From: Lobosporangium transversale
Lineage: Eukaryota
DNA length: 64,000 bases
Direction of reading: 5' to 3'
Assembly: GCF_002105155.1 (NCBI RefSeq)
Contig: NW_019028988.1
Location: forward strand, 744,001-808,000
Shown here: one piece after another, positions 39,443 to 50,500 of the stretch
How positions within the stretch are numbered: the stretch's first letter is position 1
Layout of the letters: the number at the start of each line of letters is the position of its first letter
Position numbers and translations under genes: made by a program
Notes under the pieces: model-generated
Seen by the model: the letters and a program-made list of their open reading frames with translations, nothing else
Told to the model about the DNA's origin: nothing
Databases searched by the model: none

Positions 39443-39969
39443 CCAAGAAATGATACATTGTTAGGTATCACCTCATTATGCTTTGGCAAAACATGCCTGA
39501 AATATGTAGTAAGTTGAACCAGGCAGCAAATAAAACCCGTCTGCGTGCTTGTGTGCTTGCTTGCCTGCTTGCTTTTTTTTTTTTTTTTTTTTTTCTTTTT
39601 ACCTATCAATAACCTTTGTACGAACAGTTTCAAGGGATGTTGCTACGATCAATTCTTGTTTCAGCATATCGATTCGCATCTCTGTTGTTGCTCGTATTTC
39701 ATCAAGTGAAATGTTATCATTAGGGATGGCTGTGTCTGCTATCTCCCCTGCTAAAGAAAATGTTGAAATGTAAGACGATATGATAGACTGTCAAGATTCA
39801 GTTAACAAAAAAAAAAAATTGATATTCACACGCACACACCATGGTTAATTGCGAATTCCAGTTCCGCAATTTGAGCATCAAGCCATGCCTCATGGTCAAC
39901 CAGTTGCAGAATATGCTCCTCCAGAGTTGGAATCAATCCTGCATCCTGCTTTATTGTCCTCGTTGTCAT
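38535..39969 (-). CDS. Centromere protein H (CENP-H/Fta3/Mcm16-like); ~7 short exons
   Basis: Coiled-coil exons (ALASAIQERDDAVSQYL; LQDENRKVL; MKEELKKIMIKYNVLANVLQ) end in GLLLESNVDWANDPHFLEVMLKL. This matches the CENP-H C-terminal L...S.V[DN]WA.DP.L..i.L motif. Confidence 0.75.
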
Positions 39970-40093
39970 AGATACTACAAGTAAAGTGCAAATGGTATAC
40001 AGAGTTGGAATGTCACGTCTGCATGCACATTTCAAAGAATAATAAAAGCCACTCTGTATTCAACATTTATTCATCATTCTATTTGGACCCTGA

Positions 40094-42905
40094 CTAACTC
40101 GATAATGCATGCTCCAAGTTCTGTAAGCTGACGTGTATTCTCTATTAGTGTTGTTGATAAGGTTCAACAGCATGTATTAGCGATTTATTCTGAGTTTTTT
40201 TTTTTTTTTTTTTTTTTTCTGGGAAAATCCTATCCTTCATGATGGCTTACCAAAAGTCGATGCTCTTGAGTCGAGTCTAGTCCTGCAAATTCAATGATTT
40301 TGCTTAAAAGACGAATCACAAATTGAACAAAAATCAAACCCAGACCTCCTGTACCGGAAACCATAGCTCTACCACCTGCAAAGGTTGTCAACGATGAAAG
40401 TGCAGCCGCCGCTCGAATAGATGATGGGATTGTGGTGGCAGCGGCAGGATGCCCATCATGAGATAATAGTGCAATTCCAGAAGAAGACGTTGCACCCAAG
40501 GAAGGCGATGGCAGACTGTTGGGGACCACTGCACCATTGAGGCTTGATTTTGATGAGGCTTTATGGTATCGATAGCCAAGGATTTCTGCCATCGACTCGC
40601 ACAACTCAAGTCCCATCTCAACCAGCACAGAGGCTAGAGATTCCACAGTGATTAATCGTTTCAATAGCGCCGGCTCCATAGGCGACCTCCGCTGTTGTGG
40701 ACGCGACTGCTCTTGTTGCTGATGTTGCTGTTGAAAGCCCTGTTCATATGAAAATGAGCCTGAGCTTGAAGAAGTAGATACAAAATCCATGGCATCATCT
40801 TGATCACTTGAAGCTGTACTTGCTCCATGAAATGCTTGGAGATCTTCTAAATCACCAGAAGTATTTGGGCCTGATGTCAAAGCTCCAAGGCTCAGACTAT
40901 CTGGTTCTTCGCTCTCCCGCATCTCCATTACACATTGTAATAGACGATTGACGCTTTCAAATAGCTCCATAGTCTTTAAGATTGCTCCACGCGTCATCTT
41001 TGACTGTAAATGGTGGTGAATCTGTGGATATTGCGTCTGAGGTCTCGACCCTGTCGATTTGAAGTCCTCATTCTTTATGTTTTCCACAGACCGAGCCTGG
41101 TTTGCTTTGAGAACATGTTCATTCTGCTTGGCTAGTGCATATGCACAGTATTGACATGCCAGCTCCATCCATGCAGTGACAAGAATTGGACAACGTTTTC
41201 CTGAGAGCTCCAGACATGATTCTGACAATATCGCCCCCTGTAGCACCAGCTCCATCAACTCACTAACAGGTCTTCCCATTATGGAGTCTATTTCTTCCTC
41301 ATCCATCACGGCGTTTCGATATGAATCCAAGGTAGCGTGACGGTGGAGTGCACTTTCGTTAGCAAACTGAACTTCAGCTTGAACTTTGAATGTTAATGTC
41401 TTGGCCAAGTTCAAAATCCATTCTTGTGTCCTCTGTAGGTGCTCCTCCATCGACGGTAAACCCAGGGCTCGCCATGTCAAGCCGTTATTACGAAGCACCT
41501 CACCGAAGAGATTTCTTTGATAATCAATCACCTCCTGAGAACGCGCCAAATCTTCAGCGAGATCCTGCGGATGTTGGAATTGATCTGATAGGATTTCACG
41601 GATGCTCTCCACAGCCTGCACATAATGTATAATTTGTTCAATTGAACCCTCATGCAATGACCATTGAGGACAAATACGACTGACTGACATATCAAAGTCT
41701 GATCCACAAAGCGAATGTGCTGTCTCTAAAATAGCGTCCACGACTGTCTGAATGTGACTATACACAACAATTTCTTGATCCTGAGAACGATGAGCTGACG
41801 CCAAGAGCTGGAGTCTTCGCGAAAAACCCTCTCCAAGTGATGACAATGCAGCATTCAACGCTTGAGTTTGTGAGGTCATGGCCGCTTCAAAAGAGGAGCG
41901 ATCCGGAAATCCACGCTTGACAATTTGTTCCGCAATCCAGATTTCCATATCTATAGTTTGAGCTGACACAGACTTTGTTGTAGATACAATTCGATGAAAG
42001 AGTGCCAGTCTAGTAGCCATAGCCAAGTGTTGATGTGCGGATGGACGAATTGGATGCTGTCTACTTCGGTTCTCTCGTCTAATCAGCAGACTACTTGGTT
42101 GAGAAGTTGATGCGGGATCCAGAGAAATGTTTGATGGAATATTATTTCTAGCAAATGATTCAAATGCTTGCCTACTTGAAGGTGTATTATGAGGAATCAT
42201 GTTTGAATTCGAAATCGATGAGGAAGGCGGAAACAAGCCTTCATTTCCACTGATCGAGATGACACCCGGGCTTGGGGGATGGCTGTGGACTGGTGTTGTG
42301 GGGTTTGAACGATTTCGACCGGGTTTCCTGTATTTCCGCGGTTCTGATGTACGATCAGTAGAATCGTGGACCGCTGTATGATGATGAGAATCTATTTGCT
42401 CTTGCACTCGATGAAACCCTCGTATGTTCTCCATTCCAGTTTGATGAATGTGGTTCGAATTATGAGGATTCATGGACGAACTGACGTATAATGTCGTTGC
42501 TAATCGAGCCGTGAGATGGTCAGTCATGCGTTGAGATTTTGCGGTGCGATCTGATAGCGGGAGTGGGTCTTTCTTGCGCTTGAGTGGTGGTGAAAATGTG
42601 GGATCGTGTGAACTAGGGATAGGTGATGCAAGCGGAAGCATATGCTTCTTTCTATTATCATGAGTATGCTGCTCCCGTGGCCATAGTGGTTGGAGGTCCT
42701 CGTCCAATAAGATGCTCTCTAATAAAAGCCAGCAATATTCTTTATTAGCTTCGACGACCATCCATCAAAGGGAATTTACGTTAAGTTTATCAAGTCTCCA
42801 ATCCTTCACATGATATGTACCCATAGCGTTTAGTAGCGTGTTCACAGCATTACTCCAAATCTTGTTAGTGGCCGCTAAGCTGCCACTCTTTCCAAACGTA
42901 TGCAT
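40094..42905 (-). CDS. Large hypothetical alpha-helical protein (~880 aa); 3 exons
   Basis: The core is ORF 40230-42761 (843 aa). An inferred first exon reads MHTFGKSG...LLNAM (ATG 42905) and a last exon reads RIHVSLQNLEHALSS*. No family was recognised. Confidence 0.75.
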
Positions 42906-43542
42906 TATGTTGATGTGAAGCAACCCTTTTTTTTTCTCTTTCTTTTTCTCTTTCTTTCTCTTTCTATTTTTGGATACTATTCGGTACTGGCAGTATGTCT
43001 GGCCTTAAATTCCTAAGCGGTGAAAATCTGTAGGATCCTGCCACTGATGATCGTGGTTGTCGTCGTCTTCTTCGCCTTCGTCTTCCCACACGACTTCGAA
43101 ATCGAGATCAAAGACAATAAATGAGAATAAGGTGATAAAGAGCAAGGTAGTGGGACGGAGCAAGATCTTGGCGAGCTTCAGATAAAGTGCTCGATAAGTG
43201 AACCGTACAGGCTCGCTGATGGCGATCCTGAACAATCCGAAGAATGGGGCAGTAAATGAACGTTTGTCTGTTCCAAGACCAAGAAGGCCAAGCATTTGCT
43301 GTTGTCTGTTCCTGAGGGATCCTGCTTTTGGTAAGGGGTTTGCTGTCCTTCAATTTTTTTATGGAATTGTCGGAATTATGTTGGCAAGCATGGTGAATCG
43401 GGCATTGGGCAATGTAGTAGCCGCCACCCAAGTCACGGGGAGAGGTGTGGGCACTCCGTTATTCTAGAACTAATGACTGGCTTTACAATTTTGCTGCTCC
43501 TTCACGCCACATGACTTATCTAGTTAGTCACACACTATTTAA

Positions 43543-43661
43543 CAGAGGGTCAAGCTTGTCGCTCTTTTTGGTTAGTCCTTTTCAATTATAAGAGTTTTGT
43601 TAAGTAAACCATTTATATTTGAAAAGGGCTAACCAAAAAGAGCGACAAGCTTGACCCTCTG
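43543..43661. mobile_element. 119-bp MITE with 49-bp TIRs and an 8-bp TSD (hAT-type)
   Basis: The left arm CAGAGGGTCAAGCTTGTCGCTCTTTTTGGTTAGTCCTTTTCAATTATAA matches the reverse complement of the right arm at 47/49 nt. CTATTTAA is directly repeated at 43535-43542 and 43662-43669. Confidence 0.93.
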
Positions 43662-44050
43662 CTATTTAATTCAACCTTTCCCACCGACCATTTCATACAT
43701 TCAGGCTCTAACATGTGCAACAGTAATAGTTTACAAATGCAGGACGTATGCACATAGAGATGTGATGATTGGCCGTAACATGGCCAATATCGTCCATTCA
43801 TATCTACTCCACCAACGGTGGCCTCGCTATCTTCAATCGATAGACAAGTGCGGAGAGTATCCTTGGATTAAGATAGTTGTTCAGTACACGTCAAACGTCA
43901 AGTATCATTCGAGACAGAAGCCGTAGAAAAATTAGAAAAACACAAATAACCATTAAATTTGCATAGTCTAGAAACTGCATGTTTGCAAAGCCATGTCAAT
44001 GACATACTTTTAGAGAGAACTGTCCCCAGCCAACCACATTTTTAGATCAC

Positions 44051-45385
44051 CAGTCACCTGAAATAAAGTTTGGACAAAATGGATTTTCTTGATTTTTTTT
44101 TGAACAACCTGGACAAACAGCTCATATGCAACATACATAAAGACTTCATCAATACACATGAAATTTTACATGCTCACTAAAGAGGTCAATACTGTTATTT
44201 ATTGGGGTTTTGAAGACGGCATTGTTAGAGTAGCAAAAGTGCCATGTAGGTTCAATAGTGAGTGTTCCTACCATCGACCCCATTCACTTCTTCCAGCCTT
44301 TCGGGCATGGTAGCGACAAGTCTGGCCAGCCTCTCTTGCGGTAAATTATTCCACTCTTCGATAAGAGCCCGTGTGAGAGTGGGAAGATCTCTTGGCCCTT
44401 TAGCGCGCCTATCGAGTGCATCCGCAAGAAGTGACCATACATGTTCAATAGGGTTCAAATCTGGGGAGCATGAAGGCCAGTCTGGAATCCTGGGGATGCT
44501 GTTTTTTCGCGCCATTCTTTTGCAATCTTACAAGTATGAACTGGAGCATTATCCTCCATAAGTATGCCATCCTCTACCTCAGCCATAAATCTGGCTAGCT
44601 CGCCTTGATATACATCTTCCACGAAACACCGTCCATCTTTACGACCTCTTTCAAATACAACCAACCGAGACTTTCTGGTTGCTGTGAACGCCCCCCAGAC
44701 CATCAGAGTTGTTCTACCACTTTTGAAAGTGGGTGCGAGGCAATCATGATCGTACTTTTCCTCTACTTTACGCCAAACTCTTATTTGACGAAAATGCTCA
44801 CCAACTTCAAATGATGATTCGTCAGTCCAAACTACCCGATTCCAGTCTTCCATGGACCAACTCATATATTTTTTGACAAACTGCAGCCTCCTTTTTATAT
44901 GTCCTTCTTTTAAGAATGGTTTTTTTACTGCAATCCGGCTGAAAATACCCAGTGAATGCAATGCCTTCGCAACTGTCCTCTCGCAAACTTTGTTCGGCAA
45001 TTGGTTAGTGATATCATTAAGAGCACACCTTCTATTCTGCTTAGTATGGCGAACGATGCTCCTGAGGTCCCGTTCACTTAGTACTTTGGGCCGTCCTGGG
45101 ATCGGAGTGCAAGCAGTGGTGCCTCTTTCTTGGTACACCCTGATAATATTAATAACAGAGGTTCGGGGTACACCGCGTTGCAATGCGATTTCCGCAGCCT
45201 TCATGCCCGCGAGGTGCATTCCAACGATGATACCTTTATTCTCAATGTCTAAGTGTCTCGCCATGGTGGTTTACTCAAGCTGTTTGTATGTGGAAAACAG
45301 GAAGGAAAGAGATTGAAGGAAACGCTTCCCTACGTAACTATTTCAATATTTTATTTTTTTGTCCAATCTTTGTTTCAGGTGACTG
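44051..45385 (-). mobile_element. Tc1/mariner (IS630-Tc1-mariner) DNA transposon, 1335 bp, full length
   Basis: The TIRs are CAGTCACCTGAAATAAAGTTTGGACAAAA (44051-) and, as reverse complement of the right end, CAGTCACCTGAAACAAAGATTGGACAAAA (2 mismatches). They enclose a transposase. Confidence 0.95.
44252..45264 (-). pseudogene. Tc1-like DDE transposase split by a single frameshift
   Basis: ORF 44455-45264 carries a paired-like HTH, GRPK, VVWTDES, MVWGAF and MEDNAPVH. ORF 44252-44515 carries WPSCSPDLNPIEHVW. The frame switch is in the T6 run at 44502-44507. Confidence 0.9.
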
Positions 45386-45469
45386 ACTATGCATGTTGAA
45401 GCAGTCCGGTACTTCCTTGCATCTCGACAATTGCCAATTTCATGGTTATGAGACCAATCAGGTAGTTCG

Positions 45470-46668
45470 ATGCGGAAATGCAACATCAATATTAAATCCA
45501 ATAAGGATCTTCGACATGGTTATGTACAACAATACTTGAAGCTTCTACTGCGAAGAGTTCATCCTGATTTATTTCAGAACCATCCCAAAGAACAACTTCA
45601 AAATAGTGCTTCTCTACAGGATTTGTTACCATTGGTCAACTACGAGAAGAACAATGACATAAGGACTAAGAATTCGCATCCCAACGATGCTTTCAAGAAC
45701 AAGCCTACGAAGTTGGTTTTTTATTTCAAACCGATGGGTGACCACTCCTCGAGCAATCCATCGGACTCACTTTCCTCTAATCAAAGCCAACCTCAATCGA
45801 TTGAACATACATTTCCTATTCTAGAGACTAAAGTATCTCTGCAAGAGTCAAATGAGGACGCAAAGCGGAGAGTATTGGAACAGGAAGTTAAGGCGTGGCA
45901 GATGGTTCAATCATTTTTGGAGCTCTGTCGGAAGCTGGGTGTAACCGTAAAGGAGCCAGACCAGAAAGATGTTGCCCGATATCTGGATATTTGTGTCCAG
46001 AATGCAGAAGCAGAGGGTCAATCAGCAAAAACGCAAGTTTTACAGAAACCAATATCAGAAGTTTTTCAAAGAGAACTTCAGTTTTCGTTTGCAGGGTCTT
46101 CTGGACGGGTAGGATCATCATCGGTAGCAGCAGAATCACTGCCTCTCGTAGGGACGAATCCAGCGATTGGAAGCGTTAGCCAGGTGCAACTGGAAAAGAT
46201 TGGTGGATTGCTTCCTGCAATTGATACACAAGCTATGATTCAGTCGAACCCGCTCCTTTTCAAGAGTCCGGAAATTTCCTCTGCGAAGCTTAGTAAACTC
46301 GTCCGCACGTGGATTCATTGGCAAAAGGAAGATCTGGATAGTGCAAGTTCTGACGGGAGTCACTTTCGACTCAGCGACTGGTGGAGAAAAGTGCCTCTCA
46401 TGGTACTAGGCTCTTCAAAAGAGCGCCAAGAAGCCTTGACGAAGGCACCAGCTGAAAGTAATGGCATGTTGATTGTCGACTTGGAGATGTCAAAACAAGG
46501 TAAAGCCATGCGTTCTTTACTGTGAACCCTCCAAAAGTACAGGGTTGACCTTTTAACACAATTTAATCCCATTTATACTTCTAGATATGAAAGACTATCT
46601 TGAGAGCAATTTGAAAAAGAAAGAGCAAGAGTACAGGGATTTGCTGCAGGCAGCATCCCCTTCAGCTC

Positions 46669-46710
<42 letters not shown>

Positions 46711-46898
46711 TCCACTCTAATAGACAGTCGCATCCCCAGAAATATACCTCAGACACACCAATTTCACCCATACTATCTCCCGAAGCAGTATCGTATCTTG
46801 AACGCATGAGATCCAGGGCGTTATTGCAGCAAGCCAGAATCCGACCAATGGACAGTCGTAGTTCTGGGAAGCTCAAAAATAATCGTAGCAAAAGATAG
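45470..46898 (+). CDS. DUF4460/TCAIM-like N-terminal domain protein; 2 exons, start uncertain
   Basis: YLKLLLRRVHPDLFQNHPKEQLQNSASLQDL...LVFYFK matches the family pattern. There is an intron at ~46500-46584. Confidence 0.65.
46669..46710. repeat. (TCGTCA)n coding microsatellite (poly-Ser)
   Basis: Read directly in the last exon of the DUF4460-like gene. Confidence 0.85.
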
Positions 46899-47552
46899 TA
46901 TAGGTGGATGAAAGCTAGAGAATAGATGAATATGCATGTATATATATATAAATGTATTGCATTCTCTCATTCTTTTTACAATATCCGCGAAATTTGGAAT
47001 AGGGAGCTCTTTGTTAATATTTCGAGGGGTCTACAAGTTCCCTTATGGCATTGTCTATTCATAGTTACTCAAATTCATATTATTGTTTATTTATTTCTGC
47101 TGAATGATGTATTTCCTACGTCCAAATATTTACATGCATGGACATCTGTGAACAAATGTGAATAGAAGTGCATGGATTGCAACAACTCCTTCCTGTGCTC
47201 CAGCACCAGAGGGGATGTTGATAAAAGAGAAGATGTGTAACTGAACAACAACAAAGCATCTAGAAACAATAGAACAGTCGGAAAAAGTTTGAGCACGCAT
47301 TCATATCGTATTCCTTCGTTAAAAAAAAAACCTCCTTTGCCCCCATCAACGCACGCTGATTTCCTGTCTGGGCTGGAAATCCATTGATCCAATAATTGAA
47401 TTTGGTTTGCACCACTACACCACAAAGCACTAAGGTTAAGCTCTCTTTTTTTCTTACTTCTTTTCTTTTTCATTCTAATTCATTTCTCATTGCTACATCA
47501 CAACTGTTACAACTAAAACCAACTTCAAACCAACTTCAAACATTTCTTCTGA

Positions 47553-50500
47553 ATGGTCAACGATAAACCCCCGATCTCTAGCAACAATGCTGCTGGTATA
47601 GACCATCCTACTTTCAAAGCTTCTCCTAGCTCTAGCAGTATCAACAACAACAAACAACTGTCCTTCGTCACCGGTATGGACGGGGACACTATCCAGGATG
47701 TACCTCCAGTCTTACCAGGGGCAAGCCCATCCAACGTGGAAGGCTACTCCATCTACTCAAACGTCAAGGACGGCAAGGTGAGTCTATTGTGGGAGCAAAA
47801 CCAACCAGATTTGAGGGCCACAAACGTTGCCACTAAAATACTTTCTCTTTTGGCTATTCTCCATAATAGGCCAGCATCGAACATCAGATTGAGATCAACG
47901 GTATGCAATAGTGATATTCCGCATGGTTCTGTAACCTATGCTTCGGTTTTGGGTTGTGGTCCCGAAGTACTCATAAAAATAAAAAGAGTCTGATTAATTG
48001 TTACTAATCTGTTATTCATCTTGCATGGTTGAAATGCTTCAATAGTTGTGGATCTTTTCGATGTCAAAAGCAACAAGGAAATCTCGCTAGAGGAGGTTAT
48101 GGTTGGGTTGCGTTATGTGATGGAGTATCGTATCAAAGGCGGTCGTTTCCCAAGTCTTGATTATGACATTATGAAGCGTCTCGCCGACGGTCTCCTTTTG
48201 AACATGGGGGATACTGAAAAAAAAGGACGATTTCGCCAGTCTCTCTCGGAAGAGGCTGATATTGCTTTTCAGCTCTTTGGAGAGTTTCTTTTGGAAGGTA
48301 TAAAATCTACTTGAGCTATTTTGGTTTTGTTTCAATTAAGCTAACACATCGCCATTTTATCATTAACATTGTTGGTAACCTTATCATTTGAACATCATTA
48401 GTGCAAGAATTTCGTCAAACAGTTGGAGAAAAGCCAGTGTCGGATCTTCGCCATGCGTTAAAGTTGGATGTCCGCTGTGGTTCTGGGTCTACTGTTCAGC
48501 AACAACAGGCAGCTGTAGCACTTATTGCTCTCTTGACCGCCATTTACCCTCAGTTCTCGGATTGGAAAGAGTTGGTCAAGAGCGAAGGTCAGCGGAATGT
48601 GGAAAGATGTATGCGCGAACATGCGGATTTCGTCAAGGCTGAGAAAATGCCAGAGATGCCTGGTGTGATTCTTGCTCCTCAAGGTAAATTTGGCCCATAC
48701 GTTAATACCTTTAATATGTACAGAGAGGAGATGATGGTTAACTTTTAACATTTTATTACTTCATTCTAGCCCTGTGCTTCGATCGTCGGATTAAACGTTG
48801 TTTGAAAATGTTCCGTACTTCACTGGAGACTGGTTTGCCTTCAGAAGCTATTCCGGCCCTAAGGGAACATTATGGAAGGAACATTCTTCCTCAACCTCCA
48901 CGCACCTCTGTCTTCAAGATGCTATGGACCCAATTTACAGACTTTATGATTTTGCTTCTCTTGGCTGTTGCAGTTCTAATGGGTGCTACAGAAGATTACG
49001 TTCCCATGGCTGTTCTACTGGTCGTCGTCATTCTCAATGCTATCATTGGGTTCACACAGGAGTATAAGGCTGGCAAGGCGCTTGATGCGTTGACAAAGTT
49101 ATCTGTGCCAAAGGCACAGGTCCTCCGTGATGGTGTGGCATCTGTAATTGACTCAGAGGAACTTGTGCCTGGAGACATCGTGATTTTGGAGGAGGGCGAA
49201 TCCGTGCCTGCAGATTTGCGTCTTGCCGAAGTCTCTCAATTGGAGATTGTTGAGTCTATTCTCACAGGAGAATCCGTCGCCGTTAGCAAGGACCCCAAGG
49301 AAATCAGGACATTAACACGCAAACTCCCTCTGGGAGACTGCAAGGGAAATGCATTTATGTCAACTGTCGTCGCAAAGGGTCGTGGAAAAGGAATTGTCGT
49401 CCGTACGGGTCGATTGACTGAGATGGGAAAGATTAGTGCGGCCATTACAGGTCAACGTAAGGTTTTAACTCCTGTCCAGCGTAAACTCGCTATGCTTGGT
49501 AAACTGTTGGTTGCGTTCGCTATCGTATTTTGTGCTATCATGGCGGGTATCAGAATCCATTATAACCCTGACAACGTGAAGGGGTCTCTCAAGCTCGCTT
49601 TGAGGTAGGTTTTTGTAAAGCTATTGCGGATGCCTAGTCGATGCTCATTATGCTATTTCGCTCATTTATAAGTTTTTATATGTGTAACCTATTAGTTTGG
49701 CTGTCTCTGTCATTCCTGAAGGTTTGGTAGCTGTCGTCACGGTGACCATGGCCTTGGGTGTCCGGCGCATGGCGTCAAAACAGGCTATTGTACGCACTCT
49801 TCCAGCAGTCGAAACGCTTGGTAGTGTGACATTCATTTGCTCAGATAAAACCGGTACACTCACAGAAGGGAAGATGGGGGCTGCAGAACTCTGGACAAGC
49901 GACGGCTCCAAATATGGTTTCACAGAAAGTACTAGCTTGGATCCTAATAAGGGTGATGTGGTTCTCAAAGCGGGATCTGAAGAGGCTCCGCAGGTTTTGG
50001 GCAAATCTCTTGATCAGGTTCCTGCACAAATGCTGCTTTCACTCATGGTGTCATCACTTTGCAACAATTCATCTGTGGTTAAGAAAGAACTGGTTGAAGA
50101 TGCTATCGCTAACAGTCAGGCGGCCAAGTCCACCTCAATGACTATTGAGGACGCCGACGCTCGAGCGAAGCCAGAGGAAGTCGAGTGGAAAGGCATTGGT
50201 GATCCAACCGAGGTCGCCTTGGTGGTTGCAGCCCAAAAGGCTGGATTCCCAAAATCATACTTCCAGGAGCTTGGATACACCCGTATTTATGAACAAGCAT
50301 TCGACAGTGAACGTAAGGTCATGAGCGTCGTCTATAAAGCCCCACTTGAGGGGGCTGACCATTACGAGTTTTTGTTAGCAAAAGGTGCACCTGAAGAGAT
50401 TCTTAACCGGTGTATTGAATACCTGCCGTCGGTGGCACCTGGCAACATTTCGTCTCCTCTTGATGTCCTCAAACCGAGTGAAATTGGCCTAACTAAGCCT

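Noticed and set aside
43005..43467. Overlapping 89-107-aa ORFs between the large hypothetical gene and the MITE
   Set aside because: There is no recognisable motif or consistent splice structure, and ORFs on both strands are equally weak.
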